64,000 bases of DNA, taken from the NCBI RefSeq assembly GCF_000150275.1, contig NW_002060943.1, positions 8,006,066-8,070,065 of the forward strand. The letters run 5' to 3'. Origin of the DNA: Trichoplax adhaerens (lineage: Eukaryota > Animalia > Placozoa). The position numbers were made by a program, and so were the translations under genes. Below the pieces are notes generated by a model. It saw only the letters and a program-made list of their open reading frames with translations, did no database searches and was not told where the DNA came from. Positions 30,251 to 43,503 of this stretch are shown one piece after another; position 1 is the stretch's first letter, and each line of letters begins with the position of its first letter.

Positions 30251-30469
30251 CGTATATTAGAATAAGCGCATCTGTCTGAATCACCCGCTTTATGCTATTA
30301 TCATCGTAAAATTCTTTTTCAACGATCCAGAGGCTAAAATAAGATCATCCGTTGTATCCATGTTAAATGTAATCATACAAACTACTCAATATTAGTGTAT
30401 TGATTATCTCACATACCTAAAACTATAGATAATCTAGTAGCCTAAATGATGTAATAACAATCATAGCGG

Positions 30470-31250
30470 TCAGATGAAATCGAAGATGGTAAGCTAATAC
30501 TAGATTGCTTTACTGTATTCTATAGCATTTCGTGGTGAGTGGCTACGATAAATATCTCTGTCTCTACTGATTTGCCTTGCAAGATCAATAGATCATGAAT
30601 AACGTAATATGAAGTAAGATAAGTAATATAATAACAATTGTAGCGGTAAGAAGAAGTCGAAGATAACAATTAAGCGTTACATTACTCTACTGTATTTTCT
30701 GTAATATTTAATGATCTATATCTATTTTAAATATATCCATTTCTACTGATTTTACTCTATATGATCAACTAATTACATATAGCATGATGTAGAATAAGAT
30801 GAATGGTGTCATAATTACTGTAAGATAAGATAAGTGAAATACCGCATTAATGATTCCTGCCGTAAGATGAAATCGAAGACAGCGATCAAATGCTAAATTA
30901 CTCTTCATAATTCTTTGGATTTAATAATCAGTATGTACGATAAATATATCTCTATTCATTTTATCTTTACCTAACAAGATCAACTAGTTATGTATAGCAT
31001 GATATGGAGTAAGATGAATAATACGGTATTGATGCTATCACTATCATATAGCCTCATAAATGATATAATTACGATCGTACTCCTATGATGAAATTAAAGA
31101 TAGCGGTCCAATGCTAAATTGCTTCACCGTATTTTATAATATGTAATGATAATAATCAGTATCGATGATATATGCCTCTCTCGACTTATTTTTACCCTCT
31201 AAGATCAATTCATCATACATAACATGATATGAAATGAGATAAGTGATAGC
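30470..31250. repeat. Degenerate tandem array, 4 units of about 180-220 bp
   Basis: Units start with variants of GATGAAATCGAAGA at about 30473, 30651, 30866 and 31087, each followed by related AAGATCAA...CATGATATG..GTAAGAT blocks. Confidence 0.8.
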
Positions 31251-34200
31251 TTAATAACCGCAAAAGCAAGGTGTTATCCGCACTAGTAAACAGGTAATAT
31301 TTATAAAAATAAAAAGTTTTATCCGTCAATAGATGACAATAGTAATAATAACAAATAAAAGGTTAAGTAGGGATTTTATTGTATTGGAAATGACTAAAAT
31401 TTAACTCTTTATACTGTCGCTATCATAATACGCAATTTCATACTTGACATTTGACATGTGTACACTATGCAAAAAGAAAGCTATTGAATAATTGAATAAT
31501 CGCCGTTCAGTTTTATTACTAGTCATTGTTATATTGATATCATCCTTAACAAACAACGATCTTTTAGTTTACTTAATACTATCCAATGGATAGAACTAGA
31601 TAGAATCACATGGGCCTTCTTGGAGTCGACCATGCTCTGCTGTTATGGCAACCAGGGAAGACATCCATTTATAATGCTAATATTGAACTAGGTTAAGAGG
31701 TGAAAGATTGGGGCTTGATTCGACTAGTCAGTTCAATAGTAATTTCCCTATTCTTTTCATCGATATTGATATAGATACTAGTCTATTATTATTTTACTCT
31801 TTCTATCAATATCTTATCTAACTGTAGACAATTTGAGAAGGTTACTGTAATGTTATTGGTGGCTATAATCGGCATACAACAGGACATTGATTATAATCAA
31901 TAGATCCAGTCATAATAGACCTAATTAAACGGTGAATTTTAACTTTTACTATTTACTGATAATTACTCATTGAAACAGAGTTAGATTGGTCCTTGTTTGT
32001 AATATAAAATAACTACTTTAAACATATATATACATTAATCATTTTTTACACTATAGTCATCATTGACAGATTAAACTTGGCTAGTCATATTGATTAGTTA
32101 AGTGGGTATCCAGCAATTGGCACAAGTAAAAGCTGTTTATCTCGCCTTATTTCACTCTATATCGTTATATACACACACACAGCGCAAGTTATCAGTATTT
32201 ATAAAGCGTATCAAGATCTACGCATGTAACTATTGGCTTGTGTCAATTTAATTTGATCAATCTATCTTCATCTTTGCTATTGATTCGGTAAATTGAATAT
32301 AAATAAAAGTCGTAACCAGTGAAAAAAATTAGTTTTTAGATAACTATGCTTGTGAGCATGGTTGAAACAGTAACCAAATACGTTGGCAAGGAATAATTCA
32401 ATCGAAATTATCTTTCCTAGCTTCCCTATCAAGATATAAGCCTGGAACAGTTATTCAATCCTAATCACTTTTATCGGAGAATAACAACGGTACGAAGGAA
32501 AAATTAATGCATTCTGATATCATAACTTTGAATCAATAATTAGTGATAACGTTATTAGAAATTTTTTATATATTATAGTAATTAAGAGTAACAGTTCACT
32601 TATTTAATAATTGTCTTGCTTTATAACACCTTTTAACTTTTATTCTTTAAAATTGGGAACGATTTAACTTACCTGTATAAATAGAAACGATTAATTGCAA
32701 TATATAATCCGTATTACTAGCAACAGCTGTACTAATTACTGTGGATTGCAAAGGAGATTCTTGCTTGATTATTACTTTCCAGTTGCTAATATTGTAGTAC
32801 TTAAGGGAAAAAGAAAAAATTTGTTTCTCTTACTTTAGGGATAATCGAATGCACCCTACACTATCTATCAGTAACATTTTACTATTTTAATAGGATAGAT
32901 CAAAATTAAAATCTCTTAACGTGATAAATTACCTCTTTGGTAACATGTTATTGCTCATTAATTGTAGTTACCGATAAGATCGAAGATAAGAATCTGCAGA
33001 AAAAAATAAAGCACAACAAATCATATTCAAGAAGCTGTATTTTGAAGAATATAGCAAGTATAAAAAAGGTGCAAAAGGTAAGCTATTTTTCAATCGCATA
33101 ATAGGTATACGGATAGGAACAATTCTGAATTGATGCTTGATGATTATTTGATCCTGAATGGATCGAATATTGAAATGATGACTATGATTTTCAATCATTT
33201 TTATCCCATCTATCGCTTATTTATGGTAACACAGTAGAGTAAAGGTTAACAATTACTTGCTAAACTATTTCTTTATCTTCTTCTTCTAATAAGTTCATCC
33301 ATTGTACTATTATTATCAGTGACTTGGACTTTCTTCTTCTGCACCGTTAATGATTCTATTTATCAGTATTTTCGAGATAAATAGAGATTGTAGATGCATA
33401 CTATCGTTATTCTTTTAGTCAATAGTAATGGTACATAAAATCAAGACTTGATAAAATTTAGTAATAGCCATATTAAACAACAGGAGATTGAATTGAACAG
33501 TTCGTATTAGTCCATTTCCTTGTCATAAAATAGTAAAAAACAGAAAAAATGGGATGAATTCATGATTAAGAAAAGCAAATGATGTTGCTTATAAATCTAG
33601 AATTCTAAACTTGAACGGAGTATATTATTTGTCATTTTCAATTCATCTTTATTTTGCCATGCTAATGTCAGCGGGTAGTCGCATCAAACGCTGAAAAGAT
33701 GATCATTTTTGTATTGTCTAATTATTTATGATGGCTTCATTAGCGAGTTTATTAGCCGAGCTAATAGGTTTATTCTACGTTTCGTTAACTATTAATATGT
33801 TCAAAATACGTCAACATCATTGACCTATTCTTTGGTTAACCAAAAAGCTACTGCTAGGGGGTGGTAGAGTGGGCCATGGTTGGTAGTAAATTCTATTTAT
33901 TATGTAAACTCTATCATGGTTATTTGGTTGCATCTCTAATGTTTGTGATCATAAATGAGTTTCTTACTTTGATAAATCTTTCTAACTATCATAAATTATT
34001 ATTTATTCCGTGGCATAGCTACGATTGCTTCATTTTATGAATCAAGATTTATTTATATCATTAAACCATTTTCTCCTTTTATCCGTCAATTTTTAAATTT
34101 TTTTCTGGCCTGTTTTTACTTTAATTGAGGTAATTAATAATAATTACTGGGCGACCTTGAATAGCATTGAATTATGTTGAAAAAAATTGGAAATGAGCTT

Positions 34201-35774
34201 AATCGAGTGCGCCTCCCTATAGCAACTGACAGTTATTGTTTTTTTTTAATCGTCCATAGCAGCAAAGTTCTCCCATCATCATAATTATATGAGTATATTA
34301 CTTGACGATTAAAGTGGACTGTCTAGAATCACTTTTACTATCATATCGCGATATTAATTCCTACTGGAACTTTAACCCAACTCATACGCGTATTCATCTC
34401 TTCTCCGTAGCGATCTAAATTTGCCATCATATATAGTCATATTGGCGTCTTAGATGACAATTAATTAATCTTATAGATTTGGGCTAAAACCTGATAGAAA
34501 TAGGGATGATTTAGTCATGCTTATAATTTTTAGCTATCCTTTAGGTATAGTCTATCCCTTCTGTCATGACTAATGTCGTCATTCTAACAATCTTGATGTC
34601 ATCTGGGTCTCCTCTAGTATCATTTTACTAAGTTTAGTGGAGTATAGATCCTTTGGGTTGAAATAGTATTGCTAAGGTCTACACGAAGGCCTTGATTACT
34701 GTTATTGTCAATAATACACCTTCCAGGCTCGTTGTTAAGTAACCACTAGTACCATACCTCTATCATTACTTTATGACGTTGATGTATAGAGTAAGCAGAC
34801 TACATACTGATACAGCCAGAAACCATTATATAGAATCATTATTTACATGGAGACACGATGTTGGGTACCCTGGATGACGCAATATGATAGTTCTTTTCTA
34901 GTTATCCATCATGGAGGCCATTGGTATTTTTGTTAGTTTATTACTTTTATAATCGGTAGAGCTTTTTAGTTGATAAAGTTTATTGGTATAGGAGTTTATC
35001 TTGATTAAACGAAGAAATTAAGCTTAGTGAAATCCTATAGGCAGGCTGAGTATGAGTACTAAGCGGTAGATAAAGCTGCAGGTTAATATTTTCATGGTGA
35101 TAATAACCATACTTATATTTGAACCCTGACTGTAAAAGTGATCTTCCGGTCGGCCTTGACTGAATTCGATGCTATTCTATATACTTTAAACAGCAACTAG
35201 TCTGGGATCCAATTATTCATTAACTTAGTGGTGGTAAGGTTACGGGCTTGACCGTGACTTTTTAGGAGTGAAATCGTCATAGTATGAGCTTCTATATTTA
35301 GGCACTGCCAACGAAGGACAATCTTTTTTATACTGTAGAAGTACTGATAGCTATCATCGAAATCATATCCTCATATAAGAATAACATTTATGGATAAGAC
35401 TGGACTATAAGGATCTTTCAAACAATCCGCAATTAGTAAAGCTATTGACAAAATAATGATAGTCGAATATACGATCGTTAATAGAGTTAAGGCGGAGAGG
35501 TTGGAGGTGGTCTTTAATAAGTAGTTTTTATTGTCTTGATAGTAAATTACTATCATACTACCTATCGATATCACATCATGAAATAGAAATGGCGTTTATT
35601 GACAAGATCGGACTATGAGGACCTTACAAGTATTGCGCTGATAAAGTTGTTGACAAAAGGTAGGGGAAAATCTGAAGTATGATACTTATAGTGAATAGAC
35701 AATTATCACTGCTGCATAAATTGCTATGGGAAAGAAAGGTAAATCGTCTTGCAAGATTTTACATTAGTGCTTGA

Positions 35775-36200
35775 AAGATGGGATATAATGAAACGACATT
35801 ACGCATTATCACTTTGATATGAATGCCATATATTAGCCTTAATAACGGGATATAATAAAATGACATTATACAGTTTCGTCGGAATATTGACTACATATAT
35901 TAATGCGAAAGATAGGTTGGAATGAGATGATATTATGCGGTGTCGTCTTGATACTAACTGCATATATTGGCACTTATGGTAGGATATAATAAAACGATAT
36001 TGTACGTTATCGTCTGACATTAATTGCATGTATTTGTGCAAAAAATAGGATATAATAAAACGATATTATGTATTATTGTCCTGATATTAATTGCATGTAT
36101 GTTAATAGCGCTAACGATACAATATAATAAATGATATTATGCACTATCGTTCTGATATTAACTTCATATATTAGCACTGTTGTAATGTTAAAGATGGACA
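35775..36200. repeat. Degenerate tandem array, about 6 units of 65-72 bp
   Basis: Repeated GATATAATAAAAYGAYATT...TGATATTAAYTGCATRTATT at about 35782, 35849, 35915, 35983, 36049 and 36121. Confidence 0.85.
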
Positions 36201-37793
36201 GTATTATTCAAAGGGTTTCGCTCCTAATAGCAGATCATATGTACTTTTGATGTAATTATTCCCCCGTTACAGCTGGTTCAAGACTTGCAATTCTTTTCAC
36301 AACACATTATTGCTAAAATAATCCTTATCTAAGTTAACGTGCATATTTTCCTATAAATATGCCTTATATTCGCATTTTATATCTTTATCATAATTAATAC
36401 GGTAATACGATGGAATCTATCAATTTTTACCTCTATGGATGAAATTATTTACTTAAGAATATCCTTATACTTTTAGCAACAACGATAAAAGTAGGATAGA
36501 CAGCATATATAAAGATACCAATAGACATATTGGGGTGGTAAATGTGGACATTATATGCAAATCCAATGATAAATCAGGTTTGATATCAGTTCAATGATAA
36601 AAGAATAGATGTTTGTCCTAACTATAAGGATATGCAAAATTAGCCCATTCATAATCATAGTGTCTTCATATCATGTATATTTTGAACCTAAGCACTCTTA
36701 CTCAGGTTAAAAAGACCGCTATGTATAATTATATTTATTTCATCATATCAACCTTTATTTTAAGTTATATTACTAGAGTATAGTGTGTTTAGGTAAAAAA
36801 GACGTACAATTTTTTAGGTTAAAAAATCCGTTGTTAAGTTCAATACGGATAACATTGTAAGCTGAAATGACAGATTCTAAGAATTTTCAAACAAATAAGG
36901 ATAAAATATTAATTAGATAAGAATGTTGCGTGCAAAATTATTTATTCAAAAATACAAAATTGATTCTTCAAGCGTTTTTATCCAGCTATCGAACTGATAC
37001 TGCAACAGTAGCAAAAGAAAGTGATATAAAATCATCAATTAATCTACATAATTAACTAGCGATGAATATTGAATAACAACTATTTCTCTTTCATATAACT
37101 ATTATTTAATTGATTATCATGCCAATGATATGGCTAATAAGTTATGATTGGAAAGGCGTCATTTCTTTTGTTTAAAACTTGATTAATTTAAAAATATTTA
37201 ATCACTTTGAAATTTTCTCTATCTAAATTAATATCCAATGAAATAACATCCAATTTCGATCATTCTTCGATCTCTTCTTTTCTTACAACAATGGGAATGT
37301 CGATTTTTTAACTTTAAAGGATGTTTTAGTTTTTATTCCAGCGGTCAGTAATAATTTTAAGAAAAACTTCTTTCATTACAATAATTTAGACTAAATTGTC
37401 TACAATTCTTAACGCTTAAATAATCAATTACCAGTCATTACCTAGAATGATAAATTACTAACCCTCCTCATTATTCATATTTATTTTTACTGATCAATTA
37501 TATTAAAATAATGCTTATAATGTATTGTTAAACAATGTTCGACTTTTAGTAAAAAGTTACTTGAAGCCTTTCATCTACTACTTGACCAACATTATCTGTT
37601 AAGCGTAATAAATTAGTTATAAAGCTGAATTTTGAACAATTGCTCGCATTTTACAACTATTCGTATTTAGATAGGACATGCTAACAATAAGTGAATAAAT
37701 TGACATATCATAGGTAAAAGTTTTACGATTTTAATTTCGTTTCAATCGAATCCTATTTTGATATTATATCGACAATAGGTATTACTATCCAAG

Positions 37794-40700
37794 ATGGAAG
37801 TATATAACTACAGATGGAAGCAAAAGCGACAACGAAAAAAAATGCTTCGTTTTACCTTACTGGCGGTCATTTGTATGGGGTTGATTTGCTATGTAAGATC
37901 TCCATTGCTGATGTCCTCTTCAGAGCAAGGTAATAGGATTGAAATAAAAGTTAAATTACTGGAAAAAATACAATATCTAAATATTAAATTTGAAAACAGT
38001 TTAAAACTTGGCTATAGTCTATCCCTAAATAGGGAAAAGTTATTTGCGTAAACATTTAATTAGAAATATCCAGTTCACTGAAAGAAATCTCAAAGATTTT
38101 TTCTTACTTTTTTTCCCCTTCTTTTTATATCCTTTTCAATCGATGGATTAGTAGAAAATTCTTACAAATCAAAATCATCTCGCCGATTACTCAATTCTAT
38201 TAGTACTATATCATCAGTTCTACCAACTGATCATTCTAATGGAAATGATAGTTATAACCATTTTATGCAGACATTGCAAGGTTGTGAAATGGAACGAAAG
38301 TCGACGCCGTATGTTTGGCTAGTTCTTCATATCTTTTTAATATTAATGATCTTTATAGGTAAATGATTTGATGGGTATTTTTCTTTCTAGAGTTTTTTCT
38401 TATGGCTAAATATCATTAACTGAAATTTCTTATAGTTGAAATCTCATCCATTGAATTAATAGTTTATCGATCTAGTAATCATTGAATATTCTAATCACTT
38501 CGATCGCTAGGGCTAGCTATTATTTGCGATGATCATTTTGTTCCATCGCTTGAAGTTATATGTGACCGATTAGAACTATCCGAAGATGTTGCTGGAGCAA
38601 CTTTTATGGCGGCTGGTTCTTCAGCTCCAGAATTATTTACATCCTTAGCCTCCGTAACCGCTGACAATGAAGTTGGAGCTGGAACAATAGTAGGGTAAGT
38701 CATTACAGAAAATGAAATCATAGTAAATCAACGATTATACTTTACTAATTGGGCTATACATCTTATTTCTATTATAAGTTTCAGTAAAGCCTTGTAGATT
38801 GGAAAATGTTACTACTTATACTTATTATGACTCGCTTTTCTTATGTAGGAGTGCAGTATTTAATATACTAATTATTATTGCTCTCAGCGCTGCCTTCGCT
38901 AAAAGAGTAAGCTTTTCATTCATACGATCAATAATAAATCTTTTCATATGGTTAATATTCAGTAATTAGTGATATCGGTTAACTAATACTGCAAACCTAA
39001 AGTGAAATACTTTATAAGATGATCGTTTTTCAAACCAAATACTAAGAAAAATAATTTCATTTTTAACTAGGTTTTAAAAATTGATTGGCGACCACTAATT
39101 CGAGATTCTGTATTTTATGCAATCTCTATTATTATGTTTACGATTTTTGTAGCCGATTATAAAATTTATATTTATGAAGCCATCATATTATTAGTTATGT
39201 ATGTCGTTTATGTTGTCCTGATGAAATTTAACCCGCAATTAATGAAATTAATGGCAGGAGAATATAAGTACGCGTATGCTTCATTCTACTGTAGTATATC
39301 TAAAATTGTATTCTACGGTATTTTAAGAAAATATTTGCATCATTGAATAACAAAATGCATAATTGTTTTATCATTTCTAGTTGTTCTAGAGCAGTCGATA
39401 ATAAAGTAACCCCATCTAATACCCCTGAACTAGATGGTGACAACGATAAAAGCAGATCAGCTAATAATTCTAAACTTAATGGGTTGTTAACGCCTGATTA
39501 TAGCCAAGATCCAAGGGCGTCTGACCTATTAAAGAATCCTTCTATTAGGACTGCTTCCTCTATCGTATCCAGCGAGACACAAAGTAATAGAGAGGACGAA
39601 AATGAAGACTTACTTAAGCATAAATTACCTTCCAATCGTGAATTTTCGACTCGAACTGTTACTAATAAGCAGATATTACCGAAATTACAAAATCAAGTAT
39701 GTATTTCAATCTTTCGATGATTCACCTCAGTAATTAATTGGACTATACATATGTAGATAGTTGTGCAAAACTGTAACTATACGAAAAAATTTAAGAACAT
39801 TTATTGTATATATCCAGGCCAGTTGTTATTTTTACACGTATATTTCTTCGAGTATGGAATACCGTTAAAGTAGCTGCAAACTATTTAAAAATGCCATTAA
39901 ATTCTATTGTTCTTTCAGATCGATTAAAATCATTTTGTGTATATTATTTGCTTTAGAAATTTAATTGCAGCTTTACGAATGATAATACAATCGAAGATGA
40001 GCAGCAAAGTCTTGAAACTAAGAAACCACTTCCGCCGTTGTTTAAATCAGACTGTAAAGTAACTTTAACTAACGAAGAAAGTACCGGACCTCTGGAAAGT
40101 GTTGAGGATAGTGGATTGGAAGAGCATTATAAGGATAGAAATGTGGAAAGAGTAGATGAAAAAGCGAAAAAGCCAGAAAATGAAGAAGCAGATATAGACG
40201 AAGATGATGACAGATATTCTTTAGTAATTTGCTCTTGCATGCCGTCAATTATGCTCTCAATACCTCGAAAGCCCGAGGTTAGTCAATAAATCGTTATAAT
40301 TTTTAAGCTAGCATCGAGTTTACAAATTGATTAGACTTTTCCAGTTACTAAATCCCATTTGCTGATCTTTTATCATTTTTCTTATATTCTATTTAGCCCA
40401 ATGCAAAGTGTTTATGCTGGCAAATTTTTATCTTTGTCTTGAGATGGATACTGTTAATATTCTCCTTTCCTTTCATATGGGTGTTTTCATGGACTGTTCC
40501 GAACTGTTCAACCGAAAAATATAAAAAATACTATACACTTACCTTTATATTGTCTATTGTTTGGATTGCGGTATTAAGCTTCGGCATGGTTATCTTAGTA
40601 TCTCGAACTGGTTGTATATTAAGCATTGACAGTTATACTATGGGCTTAGTTATCGTTGCGATTGGGACTAGTATCCCGGTAAGTTAATGAATTACCTTTT

Positions 40701-41335
40701 ATAGATTGATAATATTAAAAAAAAATTTAACTATATATGGCTTACTGAATAAGAATGGTACTTAAATGTATTTTAAATTAATTAATATTTAGGATGCATT
40801 AAGCTCAATATTTGCAGTTCGAGATGGACATGGTGATATGGCCGTTTCCAATGCTATTGGATCAAATATTTTTGACATTAACCTTGGATTAGGTTTGCCA
40901 TACTTGATAAGAATTTTGATCGATAAAGGAAAACCCTATATACTACATGTTACTGAAGCAGATCAATTCTTGGTAAGGCTATATATAAATAAGATGCTAA
41001 GTCTACTCCTACAATTCAATTTCAGAAATCGTAATATACGGCACATCTTTAAATTAACATTTCAAGATGGACATACAAATATTAAGATAGATACTAATAG
41101 AAAAAATGCTACAAATTTTTTATTACTTTCATTCTAGGATACAAGTGCTCTTCCAATCAATCCGTTTGTAAAATTTGGAATAGTACTATTAATTATATTA
41201 ATTTTGGTCTTAATGATCTTCGTTATTGTAAAATTTCGGTTAAATCGGGTAATAGGCATTTCATTAGTTTTTCTTTATGCCATATTTTTAGTTTATGCAT
41301 TTATACAGGACGCAGTTTGTAAATACCATTGTTAA
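37794..41335 (+). CDS. K+-dependent Na+/Ca2+ exchanger (NCKX, SLC24 family)
   Basis: N-terminal signal-anchor, SRRLL motif, alpha-1 repeat ([33 protein letters not shown]), acidic cytosolic loop, alpha-2 repeat ([20 protein letters not shown] with the Asp required for K+ dependence); stop TAA 41333-41335. Confidence 0.95.
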
Positions 41336-41540
41336 TATAATATTAAAATTGTAACGTGTAGATTGGCCATGTATGCTATTATGCGTCGTGAACTGGTAGT
41401 TGTTTACAATGTAAATTATATGACAACATATACAGATATGCACTAAAAGTGCATTGTAAGTATGTGGAATTGCGAATTTTTTTCTGTCAAAGAAATTGAT
41501 TTATTAAGCATGATATTTTGACTTGTTCTCACATTTAGCG

Positions 41541-43503
41541 TTATTCCTCACTTTCTTCATGCTTCTTTTTATGCAATGATTTTAATTTTTCCATCCAACG
41601 TGATTGTTTATTGGACGGAGATGGGAAACTACTCTGTTTTAATTGATACAAAATTAATATAATTAATTACATCTATAGACCTAATGCTATTAACATAAAA
41701 TTAACTTTATCATTACAAAGACTTCTATATATATAACGTATATGATATATACCGTTTAAGCTGGAATATGCGTTAAGTATACACTATAAGGTGAGATGAT
41801 AAATATCGTCCATCGATTTAAATTGATATAATACGTACATCTAAGGCGTAATTCCTTTGTAATTGTGCTTGTTTGGCATCCTCTAGTATTACATTGGACG
41901 GTTTACAACCAAATATAGCTTCATCGTGTGAAATTATAGGTTTACAGATTGTTTCCGTGCTATCCTAAAAATCAAATCAAATAAAAAATTTTAATCGTTG
42001 ATTTATTGCTATGGCTGGTTTTTGATTGAAAGCTTGAAGACTTTATGTTGTATATATATACTGTATAGTATTACCTGAGATTTCTTTTGATTTGGTGTAA
42101 ATGGTTTCGATACAAAGGTTTCTGAGTTATCAATATCGTTAACAGCATCCATATCGACTTTTTCTCTGAAATCTAGAAAACATTTGAAATGTAGCTTTTG
42201 CAACATTAATCACAGCAATCACTACTATTCGTTAAAAAGGTTAACGAGATTGCCAAGTAGTCTTCATCGAATAACTTCTGCTAATGGTTATATAAGACTT
42301 CCCTTTACAATAAATTGTGACCTACCAGTGACTTCTAGGTCAAAACTTTTTGTATTCTTGATAGTGGTCCATTCACGATCACTTTTGGACTGTAAAAAAT
42401 CGCTTTTTGCTAATAATAGTGAGAGAAGCATTATCTTTTGTTAATCACAATTAATTTCTGTTGCTTAATGTTTCATGATTGATTCCTTACCACTTACATC
42501 TTATTATATCATTATAGATCTCTATTATTTTGTGTTAGGTAATATCATGTAAACACCTACTGTATATAGCAGCCAAGTTACATTAGCGTACTGTACGAGT
42601 ATAACTAATATATACTAATGAGGTAAGATAAATTTGAGTTAAATATATATATTATCATCAGCGTGTCGACTATAGGCGATAAAAGAACTAACTTGAATCT
42701 TTTAACTGGTATCTTGTCCTAGTTTTAAGCTTTTCAGCATCAGACTAACAAAATTAAAAAAAAAAATTAAGTATAGAAGGTTACATGTGTAAAATTATAA
42801 TGTTATTTGATATTATTGGTACAATTATATCCTTTTCTGTAATCGCATGTGTAACGGAGCTGTACATACCATTTTGTCATATCCAGGTATAATTTTGCTG
42901 TAATTTTTACTATTTAAGAATTTAAAGATAAATTTACAAATTTATCAGTCCTATATAAATGATCTATATGGCAATTAGCTTCAGATTCGTCATGATGTTA
43001 AAAATCGCATACTGAATATACGGGTGTGCACTACGGAGCCACCGTATGAAAATGAGTTTGGGTTGCAGAAACTTTGATAGTCTGGATTACAGTCTGAATT
43101 ACTGGGTGGCAGAAACTTGCAGTACTGTATATGGAGTCTATAATAACAACGGTATTGTTGTGCAGCTCGCATACTATTTCAGCGATTATGTACAGTATTT
43201 ACCAGGTTGCAGACACTTTGTGGATGATGATATCATAAGAAGATTTAGTATTCAAATCTTTATCATTTCTAACCTACTGGTTCTTGATGAAGTTAGTTTG
43301 CTGTCTTTTCTTGCATCGTATCTATCGCGATAGTAATCACTTCGTGATCCTTGACTATGTCTAGCTTTCTCGTCATCATCGTAACGACGATGACCTGGAT
43401 CTCGCTCTCTACTCCTACTACGATGTCGGTCGCGTCGCGAGTCGTATTTATCACGGTGTCGAGAATCGTTATAATATCTTTCAGATCTGCTATTTCGAGA
43501 CAT
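41541..43503 (-). CDS. RSRC1: Arginine/serine-rich coiled-coil protein 1-like (SR-related splicing factor), 7 coding exons
   Basis: RS/RD-rich first coding exon, then IPGYDKM|SDAEKLKTR, VNDIDNSETFVSKPF, HDEAIFG and terminal RWMEKLKSLHKKK. These parallel the RSRC1 blocks LPPAEQAKAR, IESDSFV and KWFKRL. Exon phases are consistent. Confidence 0.75.

Larger units (their letters stand above)
25977..35574 (-). pseudogene. Decayed intron-containing receptor gene: hydrophobic N-terminus, multiple cadherin repeats, possible TM, tyrosine phosphatase (PTP) domain
   Basis: Collinear minus-strand remnants. Cadherin: GYDFDD..FYSI 35353-35370, NLDR 34410-34421, clean 127-nt AG/GT exon 32673-32799 (..IIKQESPLQSTVISTAVASNTD..), YLDRE 32422-32436, SNQAPIF 31703-31723, SIDIND 29778-29795, CLDTD 28276-28290. 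PTP, in the correct order: DSTR 26548-26559, GSDF 26498-26509, NWLNLEV (WPD-loop position) 26212-26232, HCS 26138-26146, LIQCFSYYKYL (Q-loop position) 25995-26027. Many stops and frameshifts; boundaries approximate. Confidence 0.75.

Noticed and set aside
32667-32690. TTTCTATTTATACAG|GTAAGT on the minus strand looked like a recursive-splicing ratchet point
   Set aside because: It is the 3' end of the open 127-nt exon 32673-32799 of the cadherin pseudogene, which has its own acceptor.
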